Virus record (IMG/VR): IMGVR_UViG_3300025035_000013
Span: 24,627-88,626 of that record
Strand: one strand, 5' to 3'
From: a virus
DNA: 64,000 nucleotides
Position numbers and translations under genes: made by a program. Numbering within the stretch: position 1 is the stretch's first letter; every line of letters starts with the position of its first letter. This document shows, piece by piece, positions 51,076 to 60,732 of the stretch. The notes under the pieces are model-generated. The model saw only the letters and a list, made by a program, of their open reading frames with translations. It made no database searches and had not been told where the DNA came from.

Positions 51076-51513
51076 ATGTGGTTTTTTAATAAAAAAGAAC
51101 TGAAAACAGAAGATATACCGGCAAATTCAATAGGATTTATCTACAAGATAACAAATGAGATTGACGGTATGTGGTATATCGGAAGAAAATTACTCACCCG
51201 CGCGGCGACTAAAACCATAAATGGCAAAAAGAAAAAGATACGAAAAGAATCTGATTGGGCGGAGTATTGGAGTTCATCGCCAAAATTAATCGAGACAGTC
51301 GAAAAAGAAGGCAAATTAAATTTCAAACGAGAAATACTATTATTTGTTAGTACAAAAGCAGCATTGACTTACTCGGAAGAGTATTTTCTACATGTTACAG
51401 GTGCTCTATTTGACCCAAAATGTTACAATGGTAACATTAGGTCTAGGATACAAAGGTCGTGGTTTGCAAAAACACCAAACCTACAATCGGAATTGGAGAA
51501 AATTACGCCTTGA
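51076..51513 (+). CDS. GIY-YIG-like protein, lone + strand gene
   Basis: GFIY-ITN---G--YIG-K...W--YWSSS; GATAAATA box at 51037-51044. Confidence 0.8.
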   Translation: MWFFNKKELKTEDIPANSIGFIYKITNEIDGMWYIGRKLLTRAATKTINGKKKKIRKESDWAEYWSSSPKLIETVEKEGKLNFKREILLFVSTKAALTYSEEYFLHVTGALFDPKCYNGNIRSRIQRSWFAKTPNLQSELEKITP

Positions 51514-51712
51514 ACTTGAACTCTGCAGTTGAATTCAAACCTCGATACTCACGGGTCAGCTCTTGACATTCACCCCTCCCCAAAGCAAGGGGGGTTTCGC
51601 GGAGGCCTCATAAACTTCTCTGTGTTTTTCGGCCGGCGTCATGTAAAACCACGCTGCTGGTGGCATAGACCACAAATTGATTGGCCCGAATTTTAAATCA
51701 GGCCAATCTAAT

Positions 51713-54022
51713 TTAGTGCAATTCACACTGCCCACCCGCGCAGGCAACCTGTTCTTTTAGTGTAGTATTATCATCATGTTCAATAACATTACTTAAGTCA
51801 ATATTGTGTTGAAGAATTTTTATCATTTCATTATATTTTTCTTCAGTAATATCTTCAAATGGCGCCTGGATATAAGTCCCACCATCGTACGGAAGAACAG
51901 AAATTCCAGTGTAGAAATCTCGATTTTTCCACATCCATCTACCACATTTGCCCCATTCCTTTGCTTTCAATGAGATTGTGCAAGATACATTGTGATAATT
52001 TTTTCCATCAACATGTCCCTCATGCACCCATTCGATATTGAATCGTTTGACTCGTTCTAGCAAGTTCATAAATGATTCGCTTCGGACAATTGAACCAGTT
52101 GGAGCTTTTTGAGGGAACGACATCACAGCTTCAATGTGTGGTTTATGATAGCAGTCTTCTACTAAATCAGGAAAATTATCTTTCATGTATGAATACAATG
52201 GTTCATTCTTACCTACCCGCATCCTGCGGACGTAGAACTCATTATGCCATGCATGTATGCCGGATGAAGACCCCAGCACGCAGCTCGTAGTGCCACTCGG
52301 TTTTATAGTAGTATTGCGAGCGGCATGATTGACACCAATCAAATCAGCTACTCGAATATTTTCTTCTTTAACTGCCGCCGCGGCTGCGCGCAGGTCTAGG
52401 TTTAATACTGCGCCGGATGCAATACCAGTCATACCAACACCAATCAATGCTTCACGTTTGGTTGTTTCTTCCCATTCAGCCCTAAGATAATGAAAATCAG
52501 TATAACCTGCTTGCAATGTTCCTAGAAATGCCGCCGCTTTTGCACGCGAATTTAAATCTGCCTGGTCTATAATATCAGATGCATTAATTTCTGTAACATT
52601 ACAGAATTGATAGGGGTTCAGCGCAATTTCACAGTTATGAACTAAAATGTCATTCGCATAAAAGCAATGAGTCCCTTCTACTTCAAAATCATATACATCT
52701 TCTACATAGTTGAGTTTTTCTACTACTATCATATTATTCTTGCATCTTACACGCTCTATCGAATCGGGGGGCATGTATTCTTTTAAAATATCAGTTGACA
52801 ACAATTCGTCTGCTCTAACATATCCCCTATTCTCTGTAAATATTCGATGGTCTGGAGTACAGATTATATGATTGTTAGAAATTGTATCAGTAACTTTAAC
52901 CAATTCTGCATTCTTTCTAGTCAATCTCCCATCAATTACATGTTGCATAATGGCAGTATCGCCATTCCATGAAAGTATATCAACTTTATTACCATCTTTA
53001 ATTAATTCTACAACATCAGACGACTTCATTGTTTGCACTGGGCAACCATTAAATGATACTTGAACTTTGGTATCACCTGAAACACAGCAAGGATTTGTTC
53101 CCCAGTCTATATCATTAGTCCAGAAAATACCTGGCTCCCCCGCTCCAGATTCTTCTACACGTTCCCATATATCAAAAAATTCTTCTTCTGTCAAATTTTT
53201 TCTATCTAGCACAACTGAATTATTAGCACGACCTCGGGATGGATTCAATTCCCACCAAGCCCCGGATTTACTAGATAACATGTCCATATCGTCATGTGAA
53301 AACAATGAAATCATAGCAGCCCTACGAATACCACCAGATAAAACTGCATCAGCAATATGGCATTGTATATCATGTGCTTCAATTGGTTGCAACTTTCTGC
53401 CAGTCGCATTAGTCAATATCGATCGTATTTGTTCTATACAAATACGCAAGGGAGCAGGGCCGGGTGCTTTACCTCCAGATGTAACTAGACGCGCTCCTTT
53501 ATGACGAATATCTCTATAATCAAACACAGGGTCTGACTTATTATAAAAATAAGCTTCAACCAAAATCTTAATTGCATCCGCCCAGCCTTCAATGGAATCA
53601 CCGATTAAGAATCTTCGAGTCTTATCTTTTGGCCCAATCACGATTGGTAATTTGGCGATTTGGTGCTTCTGAATACCGAAACCTACCCCTGTGCCGCCCA
53701 GTAATAGAAACATTGTTTCCGAGAATGCATCGGTATGTTCTATTGGCAAATATGCACAATTATACATACGATTATTAGACAATTCGATTGAATTGCCACC
53801 GAATTGAAGAGACCGCATAGAAGGCAATACTTTTTTCGGTAGAACAAAGTCAGAATAAACTTGTTTAATTTCTTTTTTAAGAATAGGATATTTACTAATG
53901 TGCATTGACATGTTGCGCTCGCACAGCTCTTGCCACGTTTCTCGTCTAGCTAGCTCAGGGATATATCTTGCATATTTGTTAAAAATTGTAATTTCAGAGA
54001 GAATTGTTTGAGAGACATCCAT
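51713..54022 (-). CDS. nrdJ: class II (B12-dependent) ribonucleotide reductase NrdJ with intein
   Basis: KYA...RETW, PS-R-L, NC, GG-RRAA, TNPC|CEI, C-L-E, TIKPSGT, ACAGG-CE. Confidence 0.93.
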   Translation of the reverse strand: MDVSQTILSEITIFNKYARYIPELARRETWQELCERNMSMHISKYPILKKEIKQVYSDFVLPKKVLPSMRSLQFGGNSIELSNNRMYNCAYLPIEHTDAFSETMFLLLGGTGVGFGIQKHQIAKLPIVIGPKDKTRRFLIGDSIEGWADAIKILVEAYFYNKSDPVFDYRDIRHKGARLVTSGGKAPGPAPLRICIEQIRSILTNATGRKLQPIEAHDIQCHIADAVLSGGIRRAAMISLFSHDDMDMLSSKSGAWWELNPSRGRANNSVVLDRKNLTEEEFFDIWERVEESGAGEPGIFWTNDIDWGTNPCCVSGDTKVQVSFNGCPVQTMKSSDVVELIKDGNKVDILSWNGDTAIMQHVIDGRLTRKNAELVKVTDTISNNHIICTPDHRIFTENRGYVRADELLSTDILKEYMPPDSIERVRCKNNMIVVEKLNYVEDVYDFEVEGTHCFYANDILVHNCEIALNPYQFCNVTEINASDIIDQADLNSRAKAAAFLGTLQAGYTDFHYLRAEWEETTKREALIGVGMTGIASGAVLNLDLRAAAAAVKEENIRVADLIGVNHAARNTTIKPSGTTSCVLGSSSGIHAWHNEFYVRRMRVGKNEPLYSYMKDNFPDLVEDCYHKPHIEAVMSFPQKAPTGSIVRSESFMNLLERVKRFNIEWVHEGHVDGKNYHNVSCTISLKAKEWGKCGRWMWKNRDFYTGISVLPYDGGTYIQAPFEDITEEKYNEMIKILQHNIDLSNVIEHDDNTTLKEQVACAGGQCELH
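52634..53086 (-). mobile_element. contiguous 151-aa mini-intein in NrdJ
   Basis: C1 CVSGDT, CTPDH block B, VYDFEV block F, ILVHN|C block G; no endonuclease domain. Confidence 0.93.
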
Positions 54023-54093
54023 TGTAGATTCCTTTTAATTATTATGGTTGGGAGATTATTTATCGGCATCCGCGCAGGATGCCGGCGTAAATA

Positions 54094-54447
54094 TCACTGT
54101 TTATCCGCGCGCTGCTGCGCCGCGGCATCTGTATATCTCATATCAGCATATCGAGCCCCCAATTTTGCTATGTTATGGGAGAGTACTTCTTCCCGCCGGA
54201 TATTTAATCCTTGTCGTAACCCTTCCATGTAAAATTCAATGTCCCCAAGTTCCTCAATCACGTTTTCCCTGTCCAATTCTTTATTGTAAATTACATGCTT
54301 TTTGATTGCGTCGAGTAGTTCTCCTGATTCTCCAGAAATGCCAACTGCCATATGCAACACATGTGCTTTTTCTGGCGTCAAAGATGCGATAATATCATCT
54401 CCTGGTTTAACTAATGCTAGAACCATTTCATCATATTTAATTTCCAT
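54094..54447 (-). CDS. MazG-like NTP pyrophosphohydrolase
   Basis: G--GE-GE--D-IKK...EELGD--FY. Confidence 0.85.
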   Translation of the reverse strand: MEIKYDEMVLALVKPGDDIIASLTPEKAHVLHMAVGISGESGELLDAIKKHVIYNKELDRENVIEELGDIEFYMEGLRQGLNIRREEVLSHNIAKLGARYADMRYTDAAAQQRADKQ

Positions 54448-54503
54448 TTTATTTCCTTTTTAATCAAGACGATAATTTAACATATCAATCGGCATCGGTA
54501 TGC

Positions 54504-54770
54504 TCATTCTAATTCAACTGGGTCATAAAGTAATTCGAAAATATCTTTATCACACACACTCAATTCACCGTCGAGTGCTTTTATCAAATAATCCCCGGGT
54601 CTGCCTTGTATATAGTTATAATCATTTGTATCGACTCTAAATGATTCATCAATTTGTCTAGCTGAAACAATACTCGGTCGCTTTCTATAATCATGCATAT
54701 CAGCCACATCTTCATGGCTGCCGAAGTATAATATAGATGCGCCGGTTGGGTTGAGCAATTTCCTCGCCAT
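54504..54770 (-). CDS. PGDYLI-motif small protein
   Basis: G-PGDYLI---DGE---C--DIF---Y. Confidence 0.75.
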   Translation of the reverse strand: MARKLLNPTGASILYFGSHEDVADMHDYRKRPSIVSARQIDESFRVDTNDYNYIQGRPGDYLIKALDGELSVCDKDIFELLYDPVELE

Positions 54771-55105
54771 TATCTATCCTTATAAGAAATTTTTAAAAAT
54801 TCAATGTATTCATCGATTGAATTTACCACGTGTTCTTTATTATTGAAATCGAATACAGTCGTTTGTTCTTTGCCATCCCACTCATATAAAAACCAAAAAA
54901 CTTCTTCTGCATCAGCGCCAAAATGCGCTTTGATTAATTCATCTACCATAGTGAAGACATTATTGACATGAGAATTATCGAAGAATGCAGCGCTTATTTC
55001 ATTCGGTATACTATCTAAAAATTCATTAGAGTTCATTAGATACTTCTTCAATCGTACAAGTAATTTTAAATTATTCAAAATCATATTTTTATCTCCTATT
55101 TTCAT
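54770..55105 (-). CDS. hypothetical protein
   Basis: Intact ORF in operon. Confidence 0.6.
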   Translation of the reverse strand: MKIGDKNMILNNLKLLVRLKKYLMNSNEFLDSIPNEISAAFFDNSHVNNVFTMVDELIKAHFGADAEEVFWFLYEWDGKEQTTVFDFNNKEHVVNSIDEYIEFLKISYKDR

Positions 55106-55784
55106 GTTTAACTTCTAAATTATGCGCTGGTCTATCGTGTGATGTGTCGCCTACATCGCAAAATAATGTAGGCCACCGCTTCCTCATAACGCCTAGCAAT
55201 GGGCACATGATTTGCCTAATCTGCGGATGCGCCTCTTTCGATGTCCGAAGTGAAAAAATCTTTCGCCACTCCCGCACGTTCGCTGTTACTACAATTTCAG
55301 TCTTCAAAGAGTTAGGTAAAACGGAACGAGCTTCTTGTGCTTTAGCACCTTGAACTAATAAGCTGAGGTACATAGCCTCTGCTGATAAACATGCATTTTT
55401 CCATACGTCGTATTTCGACTCTGAATATTCATCTCCCCCTGCCCAGAAGAACGGTTCAATTACAGTTATTTCGCCGCCGAATTTCCCTTTACTATAATTA
55501 CAATACCTAGTAGATTCCTGGGTAAAAGAGCAGATACGATGTCTAACGAGCTCATGTGTAACACCGCGGTCAGTGATAAATTTTACTGTAATAGCGGTGT
55601 GTTCTAGCGTCGACTCATGTTTTAGTGATTTTATGTGTTCAATGATTTTTGCTGCACTGCCTTCTTCAATTCTATCCTCTGATTTGTATGCGCACCTTAT
55701 CGCATTTTCTATTAAAAGTTCCATATTTGGGGTAGAGGATAGTATTTCAAAACTGGGGGGTATGATGCGCATTATAATTTCCAT
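55089..55784 (-). CDS. thyX: flavin-dependent thymidylate synthase ThyX
   Basis: H-S-LEH, R-V-HELVRHR---SF-QES-RY, AR-VLP, N-REW. Confidence 0.93.
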   Translation of the reverse strand: MEIIMRIIPPSFEILSSTPNMELLIENAIRCAYKSEDRIEEGSAAKIIEHIKSLKHESTLEHTAITVKFITDRGVTHELVRHRICSFTQESTRYCNYSKGKFGGEITVIEPFFWAGGDEYSESKYDVWKNACLSAEAMYLSLLVQGAKAQEARSVLPNSLKTEIVVTANVREWRKIFSLRTSKEAHPQIRQIMCPLLGVMRKRWPTLFCDVGDTSHDRPAHNLEVKHENRR

Positions 55785-56776
55785 GATTTAAAGTTTAATT
55801 GTGCAGCTAGACCTTCATAAGTGTTAGAATTAATTATATCAATTAAGTCTTCACTTGTCCATCCTTGCTTAACTAATTCATTAAGGTCTTTGCCGGGTAA
55901 ATCTGGTGGCATCATACAAACTTTAAGTCCTAACGCAATCATATCTGATACATTTTTCATGATGTGTTTATTACGAATATCACAATCTGGAATATAGATT
56001 GCATCTTTATTAAAATAAGAATGTAATTTGCCATTTGATACAGCGATAGCATTTGGAATCATAAGAGAATCTATTTCACCTTCAAGGACATACACTTGTG
56101 TAGTAGCATCTAGTCTGTCCATCCCAAAGAATTTTTCCTTCACTGTGTCATCGAGTATCAGTCTATAATATTTGTGGGTTTCTTTGTCATCGAGTGCTCT
56201 AGCTGTATAACCAAAAATCATACCATCTTTAGTTTTAAATGGTAAAACAATTCGAGGATGGTCGTCTTTTGTAGACCAATCTTTGAATTTATCAGTGTGC
56301 CCCCTAGTCCATTTGATAAAACTCTCGACATAATAAATGTCGAATGTATCAATTGGTAGTTTTCTACCAACACAAAATTTATAAGCTACAGAGTCTTTTG
56401 ATAATTCTCTGACTAGTTTTAAATCTGAAAATATATTAGGAATGTATCGATGAGTTATTGGGGGTTCTTTTTCGATGAATGCAATCTCTTTATGCATCTT
56501 TTCTTTAAAGACTTCTAATGAATACTCTTGAAATAAATTCGGGTCGAACCATTTCAAGAAAGAACCAAAAGATACTGACATTGAACAATTATGACAATAA
56601 TAATTCAAAGCACCCATTTTTTGGGTAAAATATCCTCTTGCTAGTGATGCCTTCTTTTTTGAATCTCCACAGTAAGGGCATCTGCAATTCCAGACGTGAT
56701 TACCCTTCTCCTTGAACCTGAGGAGACGAGGACTTATTATCTTCAGGTATTTTTCCGCTATGTACAGTTTGCTCAT
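55772..56776 (-). CDS. gp61: DNA primase (T4 gp61)
   Basis: C-CPYCGDS...YYCHNC zinc finger, RI-LP, EG-IDS TOPRIM, D-D, KD-NE. Confidence 0.93.
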   Translation of the reverse strand: MSKLYIAEKYLKIISPRLLRFKEKGNHVWNCRCPYCGDSKKKASLARGYFTQKMGALNYYCHNCSMSVSFGSFLKWFDPNLFQEYSLEVFKEKMHKEIAFIEKEPPITHRYIPNIFSDLKLVRELSKDSVAYKFCVGRKLPIDTFDIYYVESFIKWTRGHTDKFKDWSTKDDHPRIVLPFKTKDGMIFGYTARALDDKETHKYYRLILDDTVKEKFFGMDRLDATTQVYVLEGEIDSLMIPNAIAVSNGKLHSYFNKDAIYIPDCDIRNKHIMKNVSDMIALGLKVCMMPPDLPGKDLNELVKQGWTSEDLIDIINSNTYEGLAAQLNFKSWKL

Positions 56777-56960
56777 TATTTAATACTTCCACATAATCAC
56801 GATTGATATTGAACTTATCGGTACTAATTAGGACGTGAGTTATTAAAATATCGTTCCAGTAAAACGCCGTAACAGGACAAATAAAATTCTGTCTACCTTC
56901 TACATTAACTTCTCCAATTACGTTAATGTCTTTACCATTATTCAATTGTAATTTATTCAT
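56700..56960 (-). CDS. hypothetical protein
   Basis: Intact ORF, 3' end overlaps primase. Confidence 0.5.
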   Translation of the reverse strand: MNKLQLNNGKDINVIGEVNVEGRQNFICPVTAFYWNDILITHVLISTDKFNINRDYVEVLNNEQTVHSGKIPEDNKSSSPQVQGEG

Positions 56961-57193
56961 GGGGCACTGTCAACAATCCTTGCTGCGTCAACCATATCAT
57001 CACACCATTTTCTTGCTGATTGAGTATTAAGAAAACATTTGATTCTAAAGTAGCTATACTTATCACTTTTAGCAATAATGTATACAGCCCCATCATAATT
57101 ATTTGAAGATATATGAAAAACAATTTCATTCCTTTTCGCATCTATAACAAAAATTTTAAAATTATTTTCTTGTTTTCTTTTTTGGTTTGACAT
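56957..57193 (-). CDS. hypothetical protein
   Basis: Intact ORF. Confidence 0.55.
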   Translation of the reverse strand: MSNQKRKQENNFKIFVIDAKRNEIVFHISSNNYDGAVYIIAKSDKYSYFRIKCFLNTQSARKWCDDMVDAARIVDSAP

Positions 57194-57480
57194 TTTCTAC
57201 AATTATATTAACTTCGCTTTTCGGCAAAATGTCTGATGTCACATTAGAAAAATATTCCATTTTCGATAATGCTGTATATAATGCTATATAAGGATTCTCT
57301 CCTTCTACATATTCTGCTTGAATAGAAAAAGTCGTGATGGGTTCAACTGCTGTGGAATTTTTAAACACGGCAACCCATGCATTCCAGTGTTCGATTTTAG
57401 AGCCCCAAATTCGTGTTATTTTGGCACATACATTGTTATATGTGCCAGTAGCATCTGTGTATGTGCCAATGAGTGCCATG
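57162..57480 (-). CDS. hypothetical protein (probable start MALIGTY)
   Basis: Internal ATG at about 57482 behind an AAGGA RBS. Confidence 0.55.
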
Positions 57481-57684
57481 TTATTCTTCCTTCGCTTCAA
57501 GGTGAGGTTGAATAGATTCTGCATTCTCCTGCTCAACTGGGGCCGTCGCCGCACCTTGGGCACGAGATTTTTCTGCGATGAAATTAATTAAATCCATTGA
57601 ATATTTTGCAGGTACTTCAGCAAGATAATTGAGAATTTTATTTACTTCATCTACGGTAAAGCTAATTGTGTTGTTTTCAGACAT
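57481..57684 (-). CDS. small hypothetical protein
   Basis: GGGAG RBS; intact ORF. Confidence 0.65.
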   Translation of the reverse strand: MSENNTISFTVDEVNKILNYLAEVPAKYSMDLINFIAEKSRAQGAATAPVEQENAESIQPHLEAKEE

Positions 57685-58088
57685 TATACTCCCTTTCGTT
57701 TGTTACCAATTGTATATTTGGCAATTAATTGCCACTCATTTTTATCTTTGAACGATAAAATCTTTACAGCAGACATCGATGCAATATTTGATGCTTTCGC
57801 TTCATCAATCACCTCTATCAGCCCCCACTCTTTAATTAATTTAATAATCAAATTTCGTCTTTGAATATCTTCTTCATTTATATCAGAATATTTGCCATCT
57901 ATCGCAAACATTTCTTTAAAATGGACTATATAATAATCCCCATGTTTGTGTAAGATATGAGCACTTTGATATAAAACTTTATTCTTGTTTGATGCAACAC
58001 CAAGTCTAGTTAAAGTCTCTTTCACCAAGAGAAATGATTCCGGATCTTTGAGTTTAATCTTTACTCCATAAGGAAATTCTTCGTTCAT
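57684..58088 (-). CDS. regA: translational repressor RegA
   Basis: FL-VKETLTR-G-AS...LYQS-HILHK-G-YYIVHFKE-F--DG. Confidence 0.95.
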   Translation of the reverse strand: MNEEFPYGVKIKLKDPESFLLVKETLTRLGVASNKNKVLYQSAHILHKHGDYYIVHFKEMFAIDGKYSDINEEDIQRRNLIIKLIKEWGLIEVIDEAKASNIASMSAVKILSFKDKNEWQLIAKYTIGNKRKGV

Positions 58089-58456
58089 TTTTTACCACCT
58101 TCAACCATTTTTTCTTTTAATTGTTTCAATGTAGCTTCGCTCATACACTTTACGTACGATTCTGCTACTCTTCGGTTGACTTGATACAAATTCATCATCA
58201 TTTCAACATAATTATTTATTGCCTCTGCTTTATGATATTTGCCGTATCGTTTGGCTTTAGGCAAAGCATAATAATAAAAATCGTGTTGAATGTCTCTGTC
58301 TAGATGTGATGCTCTATTCATTGCTTCAGCATAAAATAAAGTGTCAATCGTATTAGAAAAAACACGATTTACCATCCATGCTGAATATTCTGTATCAGTA
58401 AATTCTAGTGGTATTTTCTCATTAATGTGTTTAACTATATCCCACAATGTAGCCAT
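58085..58456 (-). CDS. gp62: clamp loader small subunit (gp62)
   Basis: Y---MVNR--S---DT---A--MN...-DF----L-K--RY-K. Confidence 0.9.
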   Translation of the reverse strand: MATLWDIVKHINEKIPLEFTDTEYSAWMVNRVFSNTIDTLFYAEAMNRASHLDRDIQHDFYYYALPKAKRYGKYHKAEAINNYVEMMMNLYQVNRRVAESYVKCMSEATLKQLKEKMVEGGKK

Positions 58457-58474
58457 TTTGAACCTTAACGTAAA

Positions 58475-59416
58475 TTATTTCCACACGATTGAGGGCGACA
58501 TCATAATAGTAATTAAAAATGCCATTCGATTTATCTCTACATCAGCAACAAAAGATTCTTTATATGAATACTCTGCTAACTGTAAAATGAGTTCTGGAAT
58601 TGATTTTTGTTCCATCTTCGCCACGGCAGTATCATAAAACATACGAAATAGATATTGAGAATCTAAATCAATGTGGTCAGCCACCCATTTGCGAACATCA
58701 TTAAATTTCTTGTGCTTTAATGCTACAATCAATGTAGAGAATGCTTCATCTGATAAATTAAGCAAGATGCCCGAATCGATTTTGCCACCAGCCGCGTATC
58801 CTTGCAATTCATTCAACACAGAACGAAAATCTGGAAACTTTTTCATCACCAAACCTGCTACCGCTTCTTTGTCATACTCAATAGATTCTGCTTTCAGTAT
58901 AGAAAATACTCGCTTTAGAAACTTCGATGCAATCTTTGGTTTCTCCGCAGCAGATATTTTAAAATCAACCACCTTACATCTAGAATGAATCGGGTCAATG
59001 ATTTTTGATGCGAAGTTAGCAGTAAATATGATGCTATGATTCTTGCCAAATTCCTCGATAAATCCCCTAAGTGCCTGTTGAGCCTGTTGAGTTAGACCGT
59101 CTGCCTCATCCAATACTGTTATTTTTCTTGCATCATTAAATGACACGGTGGATGCGAATTGTGTTAAACGCGTACGAATCATATCAACATTCCCGTCCTT
59201 GGACGCATTAATGAATAATAAATCCGCTCCCATTTCATTAGCGATGGCTTTTGCTAATGTTGTCTTACCACAACCAGCACTCCCCACGAATAACATTGAT
59301 GGGAGATTCCCAGATGAAATTAGACCACGAATCTGCTCTTTAGTCGCATCCGGTAGAACGCACTCATCGATTGTTTTAGGTCTATATTTCTCAGCCAACA
59401 CGTCTTCCATACTCAC
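58475..59416 (-). CDS. gp44: clamp loader large subunit (gp44)
   Basis: EKYRP, G--G-GKTT, DEAD, LRG-IE, SRC. Confidence 0.95.
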   Translation of the reverse strand: MSMEDVLAEKYRPKTIDECVLPDATKEQIRGLISSGNLPSMLFVGSAGCGKTTLAKAIANEMGADLLFINASKDGNVDMIRTRLTQFASTVSFNDARKITVLDEADGLTQQAQQALRGFIEEFGKNHSIIFTANFASKIIDPIHSRCKVVDFKISAAEKPKIASKFLKRVFSILKAESIEYDKEAVAGLVMKKFPDFRSVLNELQGYAAGGKIDSGILLNLSDEAFSTLIVALKHKKFNDVRKWVADHIDLDSQYLFRMFYDTAVAKMEQKSIPELILQLAEYSYKESFVADVEINRMAFLITIMMSPSIVWK

Positions 59417-59486
59417 CTCATAATAAATTTAATGAACAGTTTTCAGTCTTGTTCAGGACTACATTACTTAAAACAATGTCTTAAAC

Positions 59487-59669
59487 TTACCCTGCATATG
59501 CACGAATGCCTGTAATCTTCTTACCATTCTTTGCGAATTCTGCTATTACAGATTTGGCTTTTGCATGACGGCTGCGATAAACACCTCCTTCTTCTCCATG
59601 AACATTTACTGCCCAGAAATACCGATTACCATCTGTGCCATGAGAATGAACTTTTTGCTTTTGTGCCAT
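59487..59669 (-). CDS. small basic hypothetical protein
   Basis: AGGAG RBS; intact ORF. Confidence 0.6.
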   Translation of the reverse strand: MAQKQKVHSHGTDGNRYFWAVNVHGEEGGVYRSRHAKAKSVIAEFAKNGKKITGIRAYAG

Positions 59670-59749
59670 ATACTACTCCTTATAATTAAACAATGTTAAA
59701 AAATGGGCAATCAATTCACCCGATATTTGCCCAAGACATCGGTATTCTT

Positions 59750-60427
59750 TCAAGAAAATGTGCTATCAGATTCTACTGCGATGATATAGTTGAGATTAAT
59801 GCTATCATGAGTAAATCGAGAAATCATTTTATCAGAAATCTCTACTTTATAAGACCCATCAATCAACTTTATCTTTGAAATCTTAAATAGAATATTAAAT
59901 TTTTCTTTTGTTTTTTCTTCAGTATCTAACTCAAAATCATTGCCTTTAGTGATTGCTTTGTCGAATACCCTGAGCTTAATTGTCTTCCCATCGCCATATA
60001 CACTAAGGTCTTCTACGTTCAGGATAGAAGCCATGCGCTGGAGTTTTGTCAAAGTAGACCCACTCAATAAAAATTCAACCGCAGGTGAACTGAGTGCTTT
60101 AGTGATTTTATCTCGATTTGTAGGTGGAGTAACCAAGAGTGAAGAATCTGCATAGATATAATTCACTTTCTGTTTACCGGATTTAAATGTTACAGACTTT
60201 GTATCTAATAGAAGGTCAGGTTGCTCAAATGCAGATAATACTCCAAGGAATTCTCCTAGGTTGTATATAGACATTTGTTTATCGAATTCATCTTCGGACA
60301 CATACGATGCAATAATATCTTTTGCTACCGATACTGTCTCAATTTTATTACCAACATTAATTACAAGATTTGAATTAATTCCATTAAAATTCTTCAATAC
60401 TTCAACTGTTTCTTTAGACAACAACAT
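59750..60427 (-). CDS. gp45: sliding clamp (gp45)
   Basis: LS-ET---LKNF--IN-, IY-L-EFL, Y--AD, Y-IA-E; start MLLSKET behind an AGGAG RBS. Confidence 0.92.
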   Translation of the reverse strand: MLLSKETVEVLKNFNGINSNLVINVGNKIETVSVAKDIIASYVSEDEFDKQMSIYNLGEFLGVLSAFEQPDLLLDTKSVTFKSGKQKVNYIYADSSLLVTPPTNRDKITKALSSPAVEFLLSGSTLTKLQRMASILNVEDLSVYGDGKTIKLRVFDKAITKGNDFELDTEEKTKEKFNILFKISKIKLIDGSYKVEISDKMISRFTHDSINLNYIIAVESDSTFS

Positions 60428-60704
60428 TAGCTTCTCCTTCAATAATTTGATTATTTTCATCACCGATTGACTTATTATCTACCATCTGATACAGTTTGTC
60501 AAATTCTGGCGTTTTTATGCCCGCTCGTTTGAACAATTGAGCATGAATTGGTAGTAAAAACTTTTTATTCGACACAGTCGACACAATTGCATTCCGTAGT
60601 GCTCTACCTGTTCTGCTACCATCTTCCTGCTTCTTTGCAATCTTTCTCCAAAGACATGTCCTATTCTTCATCGGAGTCTTTTTCCTAATTTTAGTAGTAG
60701 CCAT
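60414..60704 (-). CDS. hypothetical basic protein
   Basis: Intact ORF upstream of gp45. Confidence 0.6.
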   Translation of the reverse strand: MATTKIRKKTPMKNRTCLWRKIAKKQEDGSRTGRALRNAIVSTVSNKKFLLPIHAQLFKRAGIKTPEFDKLYQMVDNKSIGDENNQIIEGEANVVV

Positions 60705-60732
60705 TTAAATTTCTTTCTTTGTAAGTTGCAAA

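Noticed and set aside
51620-51660. Homology of CGGCCGAA...CAGAGAAG to the 3' end of the TnpB relic
   Set aside because: Two 8-mers only; could be chance or similar peptide coding
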